DNA of 64,000 nt from a virus (taxonomy: Duplodnaviria; Caudoviricetes), in the IMG/VR virus record IMGVR_UViG_3300010163_000001, positions 128,001-192,000 of that record; one strand, 5' to 3'. The position numbers were made by a program, and so were the translations under genes. The notes beneath the pieces were generated by a model, which saw only the letters and a program-made list of their open reading frames with translations, was not told the origin of the DNA and searched no databases. Below are positions 36,885-47,717 of the stretch, in pieces (within the stretch, counting starts at the first letter, position 1; each line of letters begins with the position of its first letter).

Positions 36885-37991
36885 TTACCTTCTCCCTCCT
36901 ATCATAGTTAAAAAATCATCTAAATCTAATAATGTATATTTATCAGCACATATTTCATATAAGCCATTGTCTGTTGTGTCTATTATAATAGACACAAGAA
37001 CATCATATTCATAATTATTGATTTCATCCTCCCTTCGATATCCATATAAATCTTCATAGATCGTTGTAATAAATGTAATATAGAAATCCATGAAAGAAAA
37101 AATATCTAAAAAATGTGTTATTGATGTAGTATTCTTGAAAAAATTTCTGAGATAAGAAATATTAAAAACATCATCCACTTCATTATCAATAATCATTTTT
37201 GGAATTTTATATAATCCCTTCTGAATATACTCTTCAAACATGGAAACAAATTCTTTTTTGGTATAAAATATACTAATGGTCGATTCATATTTTTTCATTT
37301 TATCAATTAATTCATATTCCATAGATGTTAAAATGCATATCGTATTTGACAATACACAAGGCATTCCTATTAAGTCACCATCATCATAACCAATGAACCC
37401 ATCAATACTTAACTCCCAATATCCTTTTTGAGATAATCTAATTTTTTCTTTTTTTAATTCTTCTATAATGATACATGAAGAATAGATATCTTTAAATTTT
37501 GATGATACTTTCCAAGCCATGTACTCTGGAGAAGAACTTGGTTTCATGGAATAATGAGAAGAATAAATAAGTTTCTTTTTTTCATTATAGATATTCACCC
37601 CAATATAAATCATCCTAGTCATAAGAAATTCGTCAGGATATTCTCCATTCAATGTAAAATTAACAAGATCAAGCAAATCAATAGCATTCATAAATTTTAA
37701 GAGGTCAATAATATTATTGACCTCTTTATGCACCGGTTGGAATGAATAATCAACAACTTCATCATCCACAAGCGTTGATACACAGAATTGATAATCTATT
37801 ATTGCATGATCAAAATCAATATAATCAAACTTATCAAGTATCAAGAAATTTCTTGATACTCCATTTTTAGATTCTTTTACTGGTATTAAAATATATTCTA
37901 CCTTATCAAGTTTCTTTGTTTTCATCTTTTCCAATGAACATTTCTTAAACTTTCCATTTTTATATAAAAGTATTAGAAACATTATCAGCAC
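36885..37991 (-). CDS. hypothetical protein (paralog family member)
   Basis: 368 aa; LILLYKNG...DKVEYIL. Confidence 0.7.
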   Translation of the reverse strand: MLIMFLILLYKNGKFKKCSLEKMKTKKLDKVEYILIPVKESKNGVSRNFLILDKFDYIDFDHAIIDYQFCVSTLVDDEVVDYSFQPVHKEVNNIIDLLKFMNAIDLLDLVNFTLNGEYPDEFLMTRMIYIGVNIYNEKKKLIYSSHYSMKPSSSPEYMAWKVSSKFKDIYSSCIIIEELKKEKIRLSQKGYWELSIDGFIGYDDGDLIGMPCVLSNTICILTSMEYELIDKMKKYESTISIFYTKKEFVSMFEEYIQKGLYKIPKMIIDNEVDDVFNISYLRNFFKNTTSITHFLDIFSFMDFYITFITTIYEDLYGYRREDEINNYEYDVLVSIIIDTTDNGLYEICADKYTLLDLDDFLTMIGGRR

Positions 37992-39048
37992 CTCCCTGTA
38001 TCTTATTTATTAAATCTGATAATTTCATAGGTTCCTCATCTGTACAAATAATATGTTTGTCTGACATTGAATGATCTATACTGAATTCTTCTATTTCAAA
38101 ATATGATTTTGAATGATACTTCTTTGTAATTTTTCCAAAATCATTTATTTCGGCCACTGTAATAACTGTCATGTATAAATAAGGCAAATATATAATGTAC
38201 TCTAAAATATAGCGAAGTTCATGAAACCACACATCATGTAATCGATTATATGGCTGGAATGGAAGTTCTGTATCCCAATCTGCATAATCAAATACTTCAT
38301 CTGGTATAGGTTCTTCTATTTCGTCAAATGTTGCAGTTCTGCAATATAAACTTTTTACTGATGTTCTTAATATGTCATAATGTGATTTTGATAAAAATGT
38401 AATTGTTCTTGTATACGGTAAGAGTATTCCACATGCATCATTTTTATGAGCTCTATTATTTACACTCCAGCATCTATTAGCCAAATCAATCATTATAAAT
38501 TCAATGGAATCTATTGGAGAATAGATGGCTTCTATAACATTCATTATAGTGTATGGATCAAAAGCTCCTTTTTGATTCTTTAAATTTAGTTCTTTTGAAT
38601 ACGCCTTTTTATCGTTGCAAAAAATTTCTAATTTAAATAAAGAGCATTCAATTAATTCATAAGAAATGCAATCATTTGATCTTGATATTGTATTAAAAAA
38701 TCTCATCCGATTTAAGGAATTTAGATAAGACATAAATTCTGAAATAGAGTATACTGTTTTAATAACAGAACCCATTGGAGTATATGCAAATGACTCTTGA
38801 TACTGATATTCTTCAGTATCATTTACCATTTGACGTATTTGTGTTTCCATGTATATATTTGCTTTTGTAAAATTCTTCATGTATTTTATTGGCTCATGCA
38901 ATAAGAATGTATTACTGGTTGGATCTGCTTCAAATAGAATATACTTAATTTTATCATAATATTTATTAATTGAATTTTTCATTAATACTGATCCATCTTT
39001 CATTAGTAAGATTATTTTATCCATATTTTTCCTCCTCTTGATTTTCAC
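37960..39048 (-). CDS. hypothetical protein (paralog family member)
   Basis: 362 aa; ILLMKDG...DKIKYIL. Confidence 0.7.
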   Translation of the reverse strand: MKIKRRKNMDKIILLMKDGSVLMKNSINKYYDKIKYILFEADPTSNTFLLHEPIKYMKNFTKANIYMETQIRQMVNDTEEYQYQESFAYTPMGSVIKTVYSISEFMSYLNSLNRMRFFNTISRSNDCISYELIECSLFKLEIFCNDKKAYSKELNLKNQKGAFDPYTIMNVIEAIYSPIDSIEFIMIDLANRCWSVNNRAHKNDACGILLPYTRTITFLSKSHYDILRTSVKSLYCRTATFDEIEEPIPDEVFDYADWDTELPFQPYNRLHDVWFHELRYILEYIIYLPYLYMTVITVAEINDFGKITKKYHSKSYFEIEEFSIDHSMSDKHIICTDEEPMKLSDLINKIQGGADNVSNTFI

Positions 39049-39117
39049 TACTCAAAAAATATATAATTGCTTAAAAGATTACAATGACATAATTATATAT
39101 GAAGGAGTTGACAATAG

Positions 39118-39609
39118 ATGTTTAAATTGGCAGAAAACGAATTAAAAATACCTTTAGAAGAAAAAAATATTCGTGGGGATGTAAGACAAAAAATCTTCAA
39201 GATAATTTATAAAGGGTATTTAAAACGTTTTGATTTAAAGTTAGTTTGTGCATATCTATCTGCAGATAAGTCATCAATGTTTGATTATATGCTTATATTT
39301 TCTGGAAGAAATAAAGCTAATACAGGAGATTTGATCTTGTATGATATAACCCCAAAAGGAACTGCTCGCTCTACTGTAGGGTATAGATATTACAAAAAAA
39401 TGGGAAAAGAAGAAGATTTTTTCCAATTTGGTATTGAAAATATGTGTATTATTAGTAAAGAAATGTTTTATGAATTTATCCAGGAAAAGTTATTGCTTTC
39501 TTTTGACAAAGAAAGTGAAGAATATTGGAAAAATAAAGACAACATTGATGATGTAATGATTGCACTAGGAGATGTATTTATGTTTTATAACAGACCAAAA
39601 CCAATGTAA
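39118..39609 (+). CDS. hypothetical protein
   Basis: AAGGAG RBS. Confidence 0.7.
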   Translation: MFKLAENELKIPLEEKNIRGDVRQKIFKIIYKGYLKRFDLKLVCAYLSADKSSMFDYMLIFSGRNKANTGDLILYDITPKGTARSTVGYRYYKKMGKEEDFFQFGIENMCIISKEMFYEFIQEKLLLSFDKESEEYWKNKDNIDDVMIALGDVFMFYNRPKPM

Positions 39610-39627
39610 AATATAGTGGGGAGCTTC

Positions 39628-40176
39628 TTACTCCCCACTATATAAACTGTATTCGTAACTTGTCCTCATATGTTTCATTTCCTCGTATTGTGATAATCTC
39701 TGAAGGTATTCTTCCATGTTACAGAACAAAATTGAATTTACCATGATATCTCTCTTATTCAATTTATTCATTATCTTTTTGGATTTTGCCATCTTTGATA
39801 ATACTTTAATTGTATTTACAATAGAAGCAACGTCTGGTTGTGATTTTTTAATATCATATAGTTTTTTAACGTCGTTTGCCAAAATTGCGATTCTTCTTAA
39901 GTGATCTATGGTTTCTACAATTTCCATATCAATAGATCCTGAGAATAATTGTATGATTGTAGAATCTACATCTGGTATGTAGTATCCCATATATTCTGTA
40001 ATAATTTTATCTTCATAATGAAGCATTAAAGTTGTTTCAGATATCATTTCTTCCTTTATTTCATATTCTCCTTTTACTAATCCCCTATGAGATTCGAAAT
40101 AATTACTGATTAATTTTTTTTTATTGCTAACTGCAATAACTCTATTCTTATAGTATCCAATATAATAACTTTCCAT
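39628..40176 (-). CDS. hypothetical protein
   Basis: AAGGAGG RBS. Confidence 0.75.
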   Translation of the reverse strand: MESYYIGYYKNRVIAVSNKKKLISNYFESHRGLVKGEYEIKEEMISETTLMLHYEDKIITEYMGYYIPDVDSTIIQLFSGSIDMEIVETIDHLRRIAILANDVKKLYDIKKSQPDVASIVNTIKVLSKMAKSKKIMNKLNKRDIMVNSILFCNMEEYLQRLSQYEEMKHMRTSYEYSLYSGE

Positions 40177-40275
40177 ATTAGATAGTCCTCCTTTTTCTTA
40201 TTATAACAAAAATATACGAGTTTTTGTAAATCTTTTTAACTTTATAGTAAGTAATTAAAAGGAGGTTATAAATAA

Positions 40276-40743
40276 ATGGAGAAAATAAAAAAGATAAAAT
40301 TCATAAGTCCTAAACCTGTAGAATTTAATGATAAACTGTTTGAAGATTGCGATTTTAAGGAGTATAATTTTTATAAAGGGACTATTACGAATTGTACTTT
40401 TGTGAATTGTAATTTCGAAGATGCCAATTTTTCTAAAGCTACGATAACAAATTGTAAATTTATAGGATGTTTTATGCAATATTGCGGGATGGTTAGGATT
40501 AATATTTCGAATTGTGAAATTATTGGTTGTGATTTGTGGCATAGCAACATGTGTCATTCCATAATTCATGGAACAATATTTGAGAGTACAATATTAAAAG
40601 CTTTATTTAAGGAATTAAACTGGAAAGATAATTCTTTTGATAAAGATACTATTATTGATAGTTGTGGTGGATCGCATTGTGGAATTCCAAATGAAATTAT
40701 AAAGAATTTGGAAAATTCTTTTAAATTAAATAAAGCTTCCTAG
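40276..40743 (+). CDS. pentapeptide repeat protein
   Basis: tandem 5-residue repeats (FEDCD FKEYN...FVNCN FEDAN FSKAT ITNCK FIGC); AAGGAGG RBS. Confidence 0.85.
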   Translation: MEKIKKIKFISPKPVEFNDKLFEDCDFKEYNFYKGTITNCTFVNCNFEDANFSKATITNCKFIGCFMQYCGMVRINISNCEIIGCDLWHSNMCHSIIHGTIFESTILKALFKELNWKDNSFDKDTIIDSCGGSHCGIPNEIIKNLENSFKLNKAS

Positions 40744-41240
40744 TTTTTATTTGAAAATCTCAGAGTTGGATATATAAAATATTCCTGACTCTGAGATTTT
40801 CAGGTTTTAGAAACTATTCCGTTTGGAAAAACTCCTCCCATTTGTAATACATTACATACCTTAATATTGTAATTATATATGGAATGTATAATAGTCCTTA
40901 CGGACATTATTACGCTTTCTTTACATAGAGATTACTTATATCATCATTACTATGTAATATTACCAGAACGCTTATTTATATTCAATACTATTTTACAGCA
41001 TTTAATATTTAGATTGAATATTACTTTTACTACTAGTTTGCTTGATGTTACTTCGTAACATCAACTTAACTAACATTTTATATGATTACATATGTGAATA
41101 TGTAATCATATAAAATATCAGTAACATATACATGAAATATATAATTACATATATATATGTAATGTATATAGCTTTTTTTAAAAAGATAAATTTTTTAACT
41201 ATGTATTAAATCAATTTTCTCTGAAAATCTCAGAGTGTAA
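40744..41240. repeat. AT-rich intergenic region with palindromes and TTAC/GTAA iterations; origin/packaging candidate
   Basis: GAAAATCTCAGAGT at 40753 and 41223 plus an inverted copy near 40788-40801; several nested palindromes. Confidence 0.4.
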
Positions 41241-41301
41241 ATAAGATGGATGAGATATCTCATCCATCTTATTAGTTTAAAAAATTAAACGATTTAAAAA
41301 T

Positions 41302-44300
41302 CTATTCATTTTCCCAATATTCTTTCAAATGTCTTTTTGCTTCAATCAATATCTTCATAGCAAACATAGATGGGAAAATAGTAGGAACTTTACGAGCAGA
41401 TACTGATAAGGGAGCTATAATAAGGTCAATAGGTTCTTCTGGTCTAGATTCTGCAACAGGTTCTAGACCTTCCGGTATTACATGAGAAGTAATCCCTTTT
41501 AACGCAAATTGAGATGCCAGTTTATCTCCTCTTGCCATTGTATCCTTAAAAGAAACATAAAAAGTTATTACAACTCCTTCATCTACTTTTTCTCCTTTAA
41601 TTCGTCCTTGATAATCTGGTTTAATTGGCTCTGGAGTAACAGAAATTACATTTCCTGATTTATAATAATTCAAGTCATCTTTGTTACTATATTTATCAAG
41701 TACCTTTTGTCTTTTCTCTAAATTATTCCAATATTTTGACACAATCTCTCTCAATGAATCAGATAATTCATCTAAATCAACCGTCGACGCAATTTCTATA
41801 TGAGAAATCGTTCCGGTATAATGAGATATTTTTCTACTGGAATTCGTTTCTATAATATCTTCTGCTTCTTCTTCTCTTAAAGATTGAATCATTTTCATGA
41901 CATCTTCATCTTCAGAGTAATTGTCAAAAACAATAACTGGCTCTCCTGCATTTACTTTATCCCCAACTTTTAACATCTTAGATACAGTTGCGTTTTTATT
42001 CAATGATACATTTATTGGCATTGCCATCGTAGTAGATAACTTTTCCGATGCTCTTGCTGAAATAGGGACACTATCCTCATAGATATCCCATTCAGGAATA
42101 ATAGCAGCTTTGATAACAGGACCTAATCTCATAGAAGCTTCTCCACCATGTTTTGATTTTTTAAATGCCTTATCATCCCATGCTAAGATATCATTTTTGT
42201 TAAATTTATCACCAACATTAAGATTTGTTATTAATTTAGACTCAATGTAAAATCCTGCTGCAGAATTCTTTTTCATATGCAGAGATAAATCAATGCTTCG
42301 ATATTTACCATTTTTATATTTTACAACAAGGAAATCATTCTTTTTATCTACGACTACACCATCATCTTCTGCAGGAACTACGAAATCAGAAGAAAGATGA
42401 TATGGAAGTATTTTTTCAGATCCATTTCCAATTAATGTTGTATCAGAATCATCTACTAAAAGCATGTACATAGACTGCTTATATGACATAGATGTTCTAG
42501 TAGGATCATCGTGTTGCATACCTAATGGGGTAAGTAATTCGGATGGAGCTAATAAATTAGCAGAATTCAATTCTTCTACATTCTCTTTTCCTGCAATATC
42601 AATATATCCTCTTGTAGAAGTAATATTTGGTTCCAATGTTAATTGTCTCTTAATACCAACTCCAGAGTCTGGAGATGTTGTGATTCCCAAAACTCCAAGC
42701 ATTGTTTCATTATATGCACGGACATTTAATTTGAATGCGTGCTCCTCATTTGTTCCATTTTCACCTTTATAGGTAACTTCGTGTAATTTTGCAATCTCTA
42801 ATAAGGGATTTAAAGAAGAAGCATCTGTCATAGCACTTGCTGCAGTTGTCAACATTTTCTTTATTACAATATCCTGTTTTACTGACACAGGTTTTGGATT
42901 TCTCCTATGCTGTGTTTTTCTATATTGCCCATACGCATCAGTAACAGCTTTATAGGTATGATATACAATAACTTCGTTCCCACGTAATCGCATACTTTTT
43001 AAATTACCTTCTGGTGTAAATTCATTTGTTTTTAACATTTTATTCGCTAATAGACATAAGCTTACCAAATCGGTGGGTAATTTCATGTCTATTAAGATTT
43101 CTTTTGTGATTGGGTCAATCATAAAGTCATAATACTGATCTAAGTTAAATGACTGATTTGCATAAGAGTAAACATTTGTAAGAAGATATACATACATATC
43201 TCTACTTTCTAACTCTTCCATATTGTATACATTCATTGGAAGTTTATTTAAGCCATTTAACAAAAGGGAATTTTCCATAGGATAACGTTTCCATTTAATA
43301 TATCCGTCCGCCATTTCTGTAAGTCCCCAGTCAAATAGATCAATTTCAGAAAGTTTATCTTTATCCGTTTTCGGTATCAGTTCATATTCGATGTTGGCTT
43401 TCTTCATTACAGTATCAAAACCTTCAAAATATGACAGTAGTAAAATTAACGGTAAGGTTTTATTCAATGGCTTTGTCATTGAATAAGATAATAACTTTCC
43501 ACCGTTTGATTTTCTTCCTATTTTCTTCACTGCTTCTACATATTCTTCTGGTATATTATTAAATACTACATCGACAAAAGATTCTTCTGATGACATTGTA
43601 ATTGGTTTAGAGTCCTTTAAATTAATTCCTATGATAATATTTTCTTCTCGATCAATTTTCTTATAAGGAATATTCATCTTATCAAGTGTCTCATTAAGTA
43701 AGTTATTATCTAAAATAAATAAAGAATCTTCTATTTGGAACTGAACAATTTTTCTTGCAACTGTATCATATTCCAGAGTAGATTTATATTTCTTATTCGT
43801 AACAACTCCATTACCGAATATAACTTTAAAGTCTTTTTCTTTTTTCTTAATATATCTTATCAATGCATTGGTTTTTAAATCGGTAAATGTTTCTTTTCTT
43901 CTCATAATAAACATCTTCTGATAATTTGTTACAATCTGAACCGTGTTTCGATCTGTTTTTACCAATGGTTTTAAAATTAAAGTATGCTGAATAATTTTCT
44001 TATTTCCTTTGATCATCAAGAAGTGATCATCAATAACAATAGGAACATCAAATTTCAGTGTCATTTTTTTACCATTTTCATCTTGTAGATGATAAATCAT
44101 TGTTTTCTTTAGATCTAATGGTGTTGAAGTATCTTCCTCTTCTTTTCCAACTATAAATACTTTTGTAGAAGCATTTGATAACATAGCAACAGAGTTATCA
44201 ATATCCTTTTGTAACTTTTTCTCATTGTAAGATCTATCAAAATTTACAAATTTTGAATATGTTACATTTGTATTTGTTGTAGAAACAGAATCTGAAAAGT

Positions 44301-45552
44301 CTGATGCTTCAATAACTTTCGATTCCATATTCGCAATTTCATCATCTGGGTTACCAATTGTATCATTTTGTATATTATTTAATTTCTGTATCTCCTTCAG
44401 TTTTTTATCAGAATATTTCGTTCCAAACTCTCTAATGTAATATTTCTTTTTTACTTCATTCGTTACTTCTTTCAATGCCTCATCTAGATCTGCATCATCT
44501 TCTGTAAGCTCCGGATGCTCATCCAGATAATTATTTGCAATATTTTCAATCTCACTTATTTTATCATCGTCGTCTTCTTCTACGTTAACATCCTCACCTA
44601 TAAAGTTTAATTCTTCATCTTCGTCATCATTCTCTCCAAGCAAATTCTTTGTAAGACTTGATATGATCTCTCTTTTCCGCTGTTCAACAACACTTTTCTC
44701 TGGATGTACAATCTTATTTACCAATTCATCCGTATTCATTTTATTTATTGGCTTTCCCGGTTCTCCAGTTTCTTCATCCATAATAGAATCATCCATATTT
44801 TCCATATTAACTTGAATACTTGATGCAATGGAAAGAATTTTCTGTTTGATTCTTGTATAGTTCTTCTGCGTTAAGTCTTCATTTGCAATTCTCATAACTT
44901 TATTTTGAGACGAACTTACAATTACGATATCACAATCTTGTAAACAAGCCAAGATATCTGGAAATTTGTAAAGGGATACCAATAAGATTGCAATTGGATT
45001 TGTCAAATCTTTTTTAGCAAGAGATAACTTATTTGTATCTGATAACCATTGATCAATGTCAATATAAATTATCTTTGACGTATATTCAAGTAAATCTTCA
45101 GAATTTACCCTATTTTTTAAGAAAGAAATATAATTCATACAAATCTTCTTTAAAGATGACTTAATCTGGAATTGAAAATAAATGTCATTCCACTCCCCAA
45201 GATTTACAATCAAATTATATCGTTTCTTTAAGGTAGATGCTTTGTTACTATTGTCAACAAGCTTTAATCCGGTTAATCCCATAGATGGATATTCTTTACG
45301 GAATGCTCCTGTGTTATTTTTTACATACTTTTTAAATCCTATTTTCTCTTTATAAATAAGATCTATCATATATCTCTTATATAATGCATTTCTATAATTT
45401 ATAAACTCAGACGAAAGTAATTCATAACCCGAATTTCTAGATGGTGTATTCACAAATATAATATTTCCAAATCCAGGAGTTTCTCCTTTTGGTGGGAGAA
45501 AACCGGATTGAATATATACCATCATAGAGTCAAATGAATCATATTTTCTCAT
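41302..45552 (-). CDS. phage multisubunit RNA polymerase beta-like subunit, probably virion RNAP
   Basis: TSPDSGVG, QHDDPTRTSM, EDS, GDKLASQFALKG, DLIIAPLSVSARK; long N-terminal extension; ends before the usual beta C-terminus. Confidence 0.85.
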   Translation of the reverse strand: MRKYDSFDSMMVYIQSGFLPPKGETPGFGNIIFVNTPSRNSGYELLSSEFINYRNALYKRYMIDLIYKEKIGFKKYVKNNTGAFRKEYPSMGLTGLKLVDNSNKASTLKKRYNLIVNLGEWNDIYFQFQIKSSLKKICMNYISFLKNRVNSEDLLEYTSKIIYIDIDQWLSDTNKLSLAKKDLTNPIAILLVSLYKFPDILACLQDCDIVIVSSSQNKVMRIANEDLTQKNYTRIKQKILSIASSIQVNMENMDDSIMDEETGEPGKPINKMNTDELVNKIVHPEKSVVEQRKREIISSLTKNLLGENDDEDEELNFIGEDVNVEEDDDDKISEIENIANNYLDEHPELTEDDADLDEALKEVTNEVKKKYYIREFGTKYSDKKLKEIQKLNNIQNDTIGNPDDEIANMESKVIEASDFSDSVSTTNTNVTYSKFVNFDRSYNEKKLQKDIDNSVAMLSNASTKVFIVGKEEEDTSTPLDLKKTMIYHLQDENGKKMTLKFDVPIVIDDHFLMIKGNKKIIQHTLILKPLVKTDRNTVQIVTNYQKMFIMRRKETFTDLKTNALIRYIKKKEKDFKVIFGNGVVTNKKYKSTLEYDTVARKIVQFQIEDSLFILDNNLLNETLDKMNIPYKKIDREENIIIGINLKDSKPITMSSEESFVDVVFNNIPEEYVEAVKKIGRKSNGGKLLSYSMTKPLNKTLPLILLLSYFEGFDTVMKKANIEYELIPKTDKDKLSEIDLFDWGLTEMADGYIKWKRYPMENSLLLNGLNKLPMNVYNMEELESRDMYVYLLTNVYSYANQSFNLDQYYDFMIDPITKEILIDMKLPTDLVSLCLLANKMLKTNEFTPEGNLKSMRLRGNEVIVYHTYKAVTDAYGQYRKTQHRRNPKPVSVKQDIVIKKMLTTAASAMTDASSLNPLLEIAKLHEVTYKGENGTNEEHAFKLNVRAYNETMLGVLGITTSPDSGVGIKRQLTLEPNITSTRGYIDIAGKENVEELNSANLLAPSELLTPLGMQHDDPTRTSMSYKQSMYMLLVDDSDTTLIGNGSEKILPYHLSSDFVVPAEDDGVVVDKKNDFLVVKYKNGKYRSIDLSLHMKKNSAAGFYIESKLITNLNVGDKFNKNDILAWDDKAFKKSKHGGEASMRLGPVIKAAIIPEWDIYEDSVPISARASEKLSTTMAMPINVSLNKNATVSKMLKVGDKVNAGEPVIVFDNYSEDEDVMKMIQSLREEEAEDIIETNSSRKISHYTGTISHIEIASTVDLDELSDSLREIVSKYWNNLEKRQKVLDKYSNKDDLNYYKSGNVISVTPEPIKPDYQGRIKGEKVDEGVVITFYVSFKDTMARGDKLASQFALKGITSHVIPEGLEPVAESRPEEPIDLIIAPLSVSARKVPTIFPSMFAMKILIEAKRHLKEYWENE

Positions 45553-45639
45553 TTATATTTTCACCTTCCTTTATTGTAATATTTATTGAGATGTTGTTGA
45601 CTAACATAAAGAGGATGCAACTAATGCATCCTCTTTATG

Positions 45640-46677
45640 TTATTTCTTTTCTTCTGCATCTTTTCCAATAATAGCGGCACATACCATATTAAGGAAAGTT
45701 GTTACAGTGTTAATATATTTAGTTGCTGCTTTCAATGCTTTTTGCATTGCAGCATTTTTGTCTGCTTCTGCCGTCTTCATCATTCTATCGACATTAGGCT
45801 TCCAACCATTCGCTTGATTTGCCATTTGATCAATCTGCATAAGAATTGCTTTTACCTCTTTTTTATCATAATAACGATTATTAGAAGTAAGCTGCTTATT
45901 CTTCATGTCAATGGATTCCTGGTTAAGCTGATCTAATACTTTAGTTACATCATCTGTTATAGATGTTAATTGTTTTTCATCATTGTTATTATTTGCAGCA
46001 AGCACTATAATCTTATCAACATTACTTTTTGCAGAATTTAAGGTTCCAATGTGGCCCTTTACGTAATAAATATAACCTTTTGTGTCTAAAACTGCCTTCC
46101 CTCCATTTTTAGAAGATGCTGCGACTCTTGCAGATTCTGTATAATAAGTTGCTTTAGAAAGGATTCCTTTTAATTTTCCTTTAATTGATTTTACATGAGT
46201 AACATCAATTTCTGCTTCCTTTCCGGGAATATGAACTTGTGTGTTTGTAGGGGTATTTATTTCTTCCTTAACTTCACGAAGTTCTTCAATAACCTCTTCA
46301 ACTGCCTGAGCACTCTTTTCATCTCCAGCCTTTTCAAATTGTTTTGCAGCATTCTTCATAACTGCATCAACTTGATTTCCAACTTTCTTAAGATCACCCA
46401 ATGTTGTTTCTGGATTATTCAAAATTGACATAGACTCATGAATTACTTCTTTTTGTTTTTGTGTAATTCCAACTGTACTACCGTCCTTTTCACCAGCTTC
46501 TTCATCGGCAGATTTGCCAAATAATCTCTTTATAAATTGGACAATTTTATCTTTAATCCATTTTACTTTTTCAACAATCCAATCCCATACTCTTTTTATT
46601 GTAGATCCCAATCCTTCATTAGCAATTGTATAATTATCACAATAATAAGTAAAGGATTCTACTGTACTTTCATACAT
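45640..46677 (-). CDS. putative internal head/virion protein with propeptide
   Basis: ESFTYYCDNYTIANEG N-terminus shared with 245..772. Confidence 0.6.
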   Translation of the reverse strand: MYESTVESFTYYCDNYTIANEGLGSTIKRVWDWIVEKVKWIKDKIVQFIKRLFGKSADEEAGEKDGSTVGITQKQKEVIHESMSILNNPETTLGDLKKVGNQVDAVMKNAAKQFEKAGDEKSAQAVEEVIEELREVKEEINTPTNTQVHIPGKEAEIDVTHVKSIKGKLKGILSKATYYTESARVAASSKNGGKAVLDTKGYIYYVKGHIGTLNSAKSNVDKIIVLAANNNNDEKQLTSITDDVTKVLDQLNQESIDMKNKQLTSNNRYYDKKEVKAILMQIDQMANQANGWKPNVDRMMKTAEADKNAAMQKALKAATKYINTVTTFLNMVCAAIIGKDAEEKK

Positions 46678-46698
46678 ATTTTATCATCTCCTTTTTAT

Positions 46699-47331
46699 TT
46701 ATAATTTAATCATTTTTTCTACATGTGAGACATCCAGATATCCTCTATCAAAACTAGGATTTGCTTTACACATCTGAATATAATTCCATATTTTATATTT
46801 TTGAATATCATCTAAGCAGTCTTTATAAAAATCAATAAATTCCGTAAGATTTCCAATTCCCTGCTTTATATTCAAAAAAAGATCTTTGTTATGAGCTGCT
46901 TCATGATTCGTAGTAGCTAGCATAACAACTTGCACACGTAATGCGAAATGTTCATCCAATACTTTATCTGTTATTCGAAGTGTATTGATTTTTTTATTTG
47001 TTTTGATAAAATCATTCAAAACTACACTCACTACATCAAATAAAGTAAATATAGGTCCATGATGCATCTCAATTGTAGCATCTGTATCATAAATACGAGA
47101 CGAAACTTGACAAAAATTAACACCAAGTTTTTTCTTTATATAACTTACAAATACAGAATAATCTGGGCTTGTACGTATAAATCTTTCACACGTCTTTATG
47201 AATTTTGTATATTCAACTTCGTCTTGAAAGTACTCAATGTCCTTATAAAGTGAGATACATGCATATGGATCGTCTTCTGCTTCAATAAATTTAGAAACGT
47301 CTCCATTGTAATGTATATTCTTGAAGTCCAA
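46699..47331 (-). CDS. hypothetical protein, possible HNH-like fold
   Basis: CQV...IEMHH...NHEAAHN pattern; TTG start. Confidence 0.5.
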   Translation of the reverse strand: MDFKNIHYNGDVSKFIEAEDDPYACISLYKDIEYFQDEVEYTKFIKTCERFIRTSPDYSVFVSYIKKKLGVNFCQVSSRIYDTDATIEMHHGPIFTLFDVVSVVLNDFIKTNKKINTLRITDKVLDEHFALRVQVVMLATTNHEAAHNKDLFLNIKQGIGNLTEFIDFYKDCLDDIQKYKIWNYIQMCKANPSFDRGYLDVSHVEKMIKL

Positions 47332-47418
47332 TTTATTATCACTTCCTTTTTTTATGTTGTATAGAACTTAGATTTAAAGTATTGTTTATTTTTATCGAAA
47401 TAGAGGAGGTTATTGTAA

Positions 47419-47658
47419 ATGAATGAATTAACTATTAAATTTTCTGCTCCAACTTCAGATGAGCGTAATCAAACATCAATACCATTTTATTGCATTTCAG
47501 TGACATCGGACAACGAAGTAACTCACCAATATGGTACATCAATATCGTTAGAGAGCCTCACTAATAAAACATTGTCTGAAGACCAGATAGAAAATATTTC
47601 TAGTCACATAAAAGATGCAATTACATCTTACTTAAGATCCGAATTTACAAAAAAATAA
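47419..47658 (+). CDS. small hypothetical protein
   Basis: GAGGAGG RBS. Confidence 0.65.
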   Translation: MNELTIKFSAPTSDERNQTSIPFYCISVTSDNEVTHQYGTSISLESLTNKTLSEDQIENISSHIKDAITSYLRSEFTKK

Positions 47659-47717
47659 ATATTTTTTACTTTTAGGCATGTTTCAGTGCGCTATGTAATT
47701 TACATAGCGCACTGATT

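Noticed and set aside
40744-41240. CRISPR array
   Set aside because: No regularly spaced identical repeats with unique spacers, and no cas genes in the window
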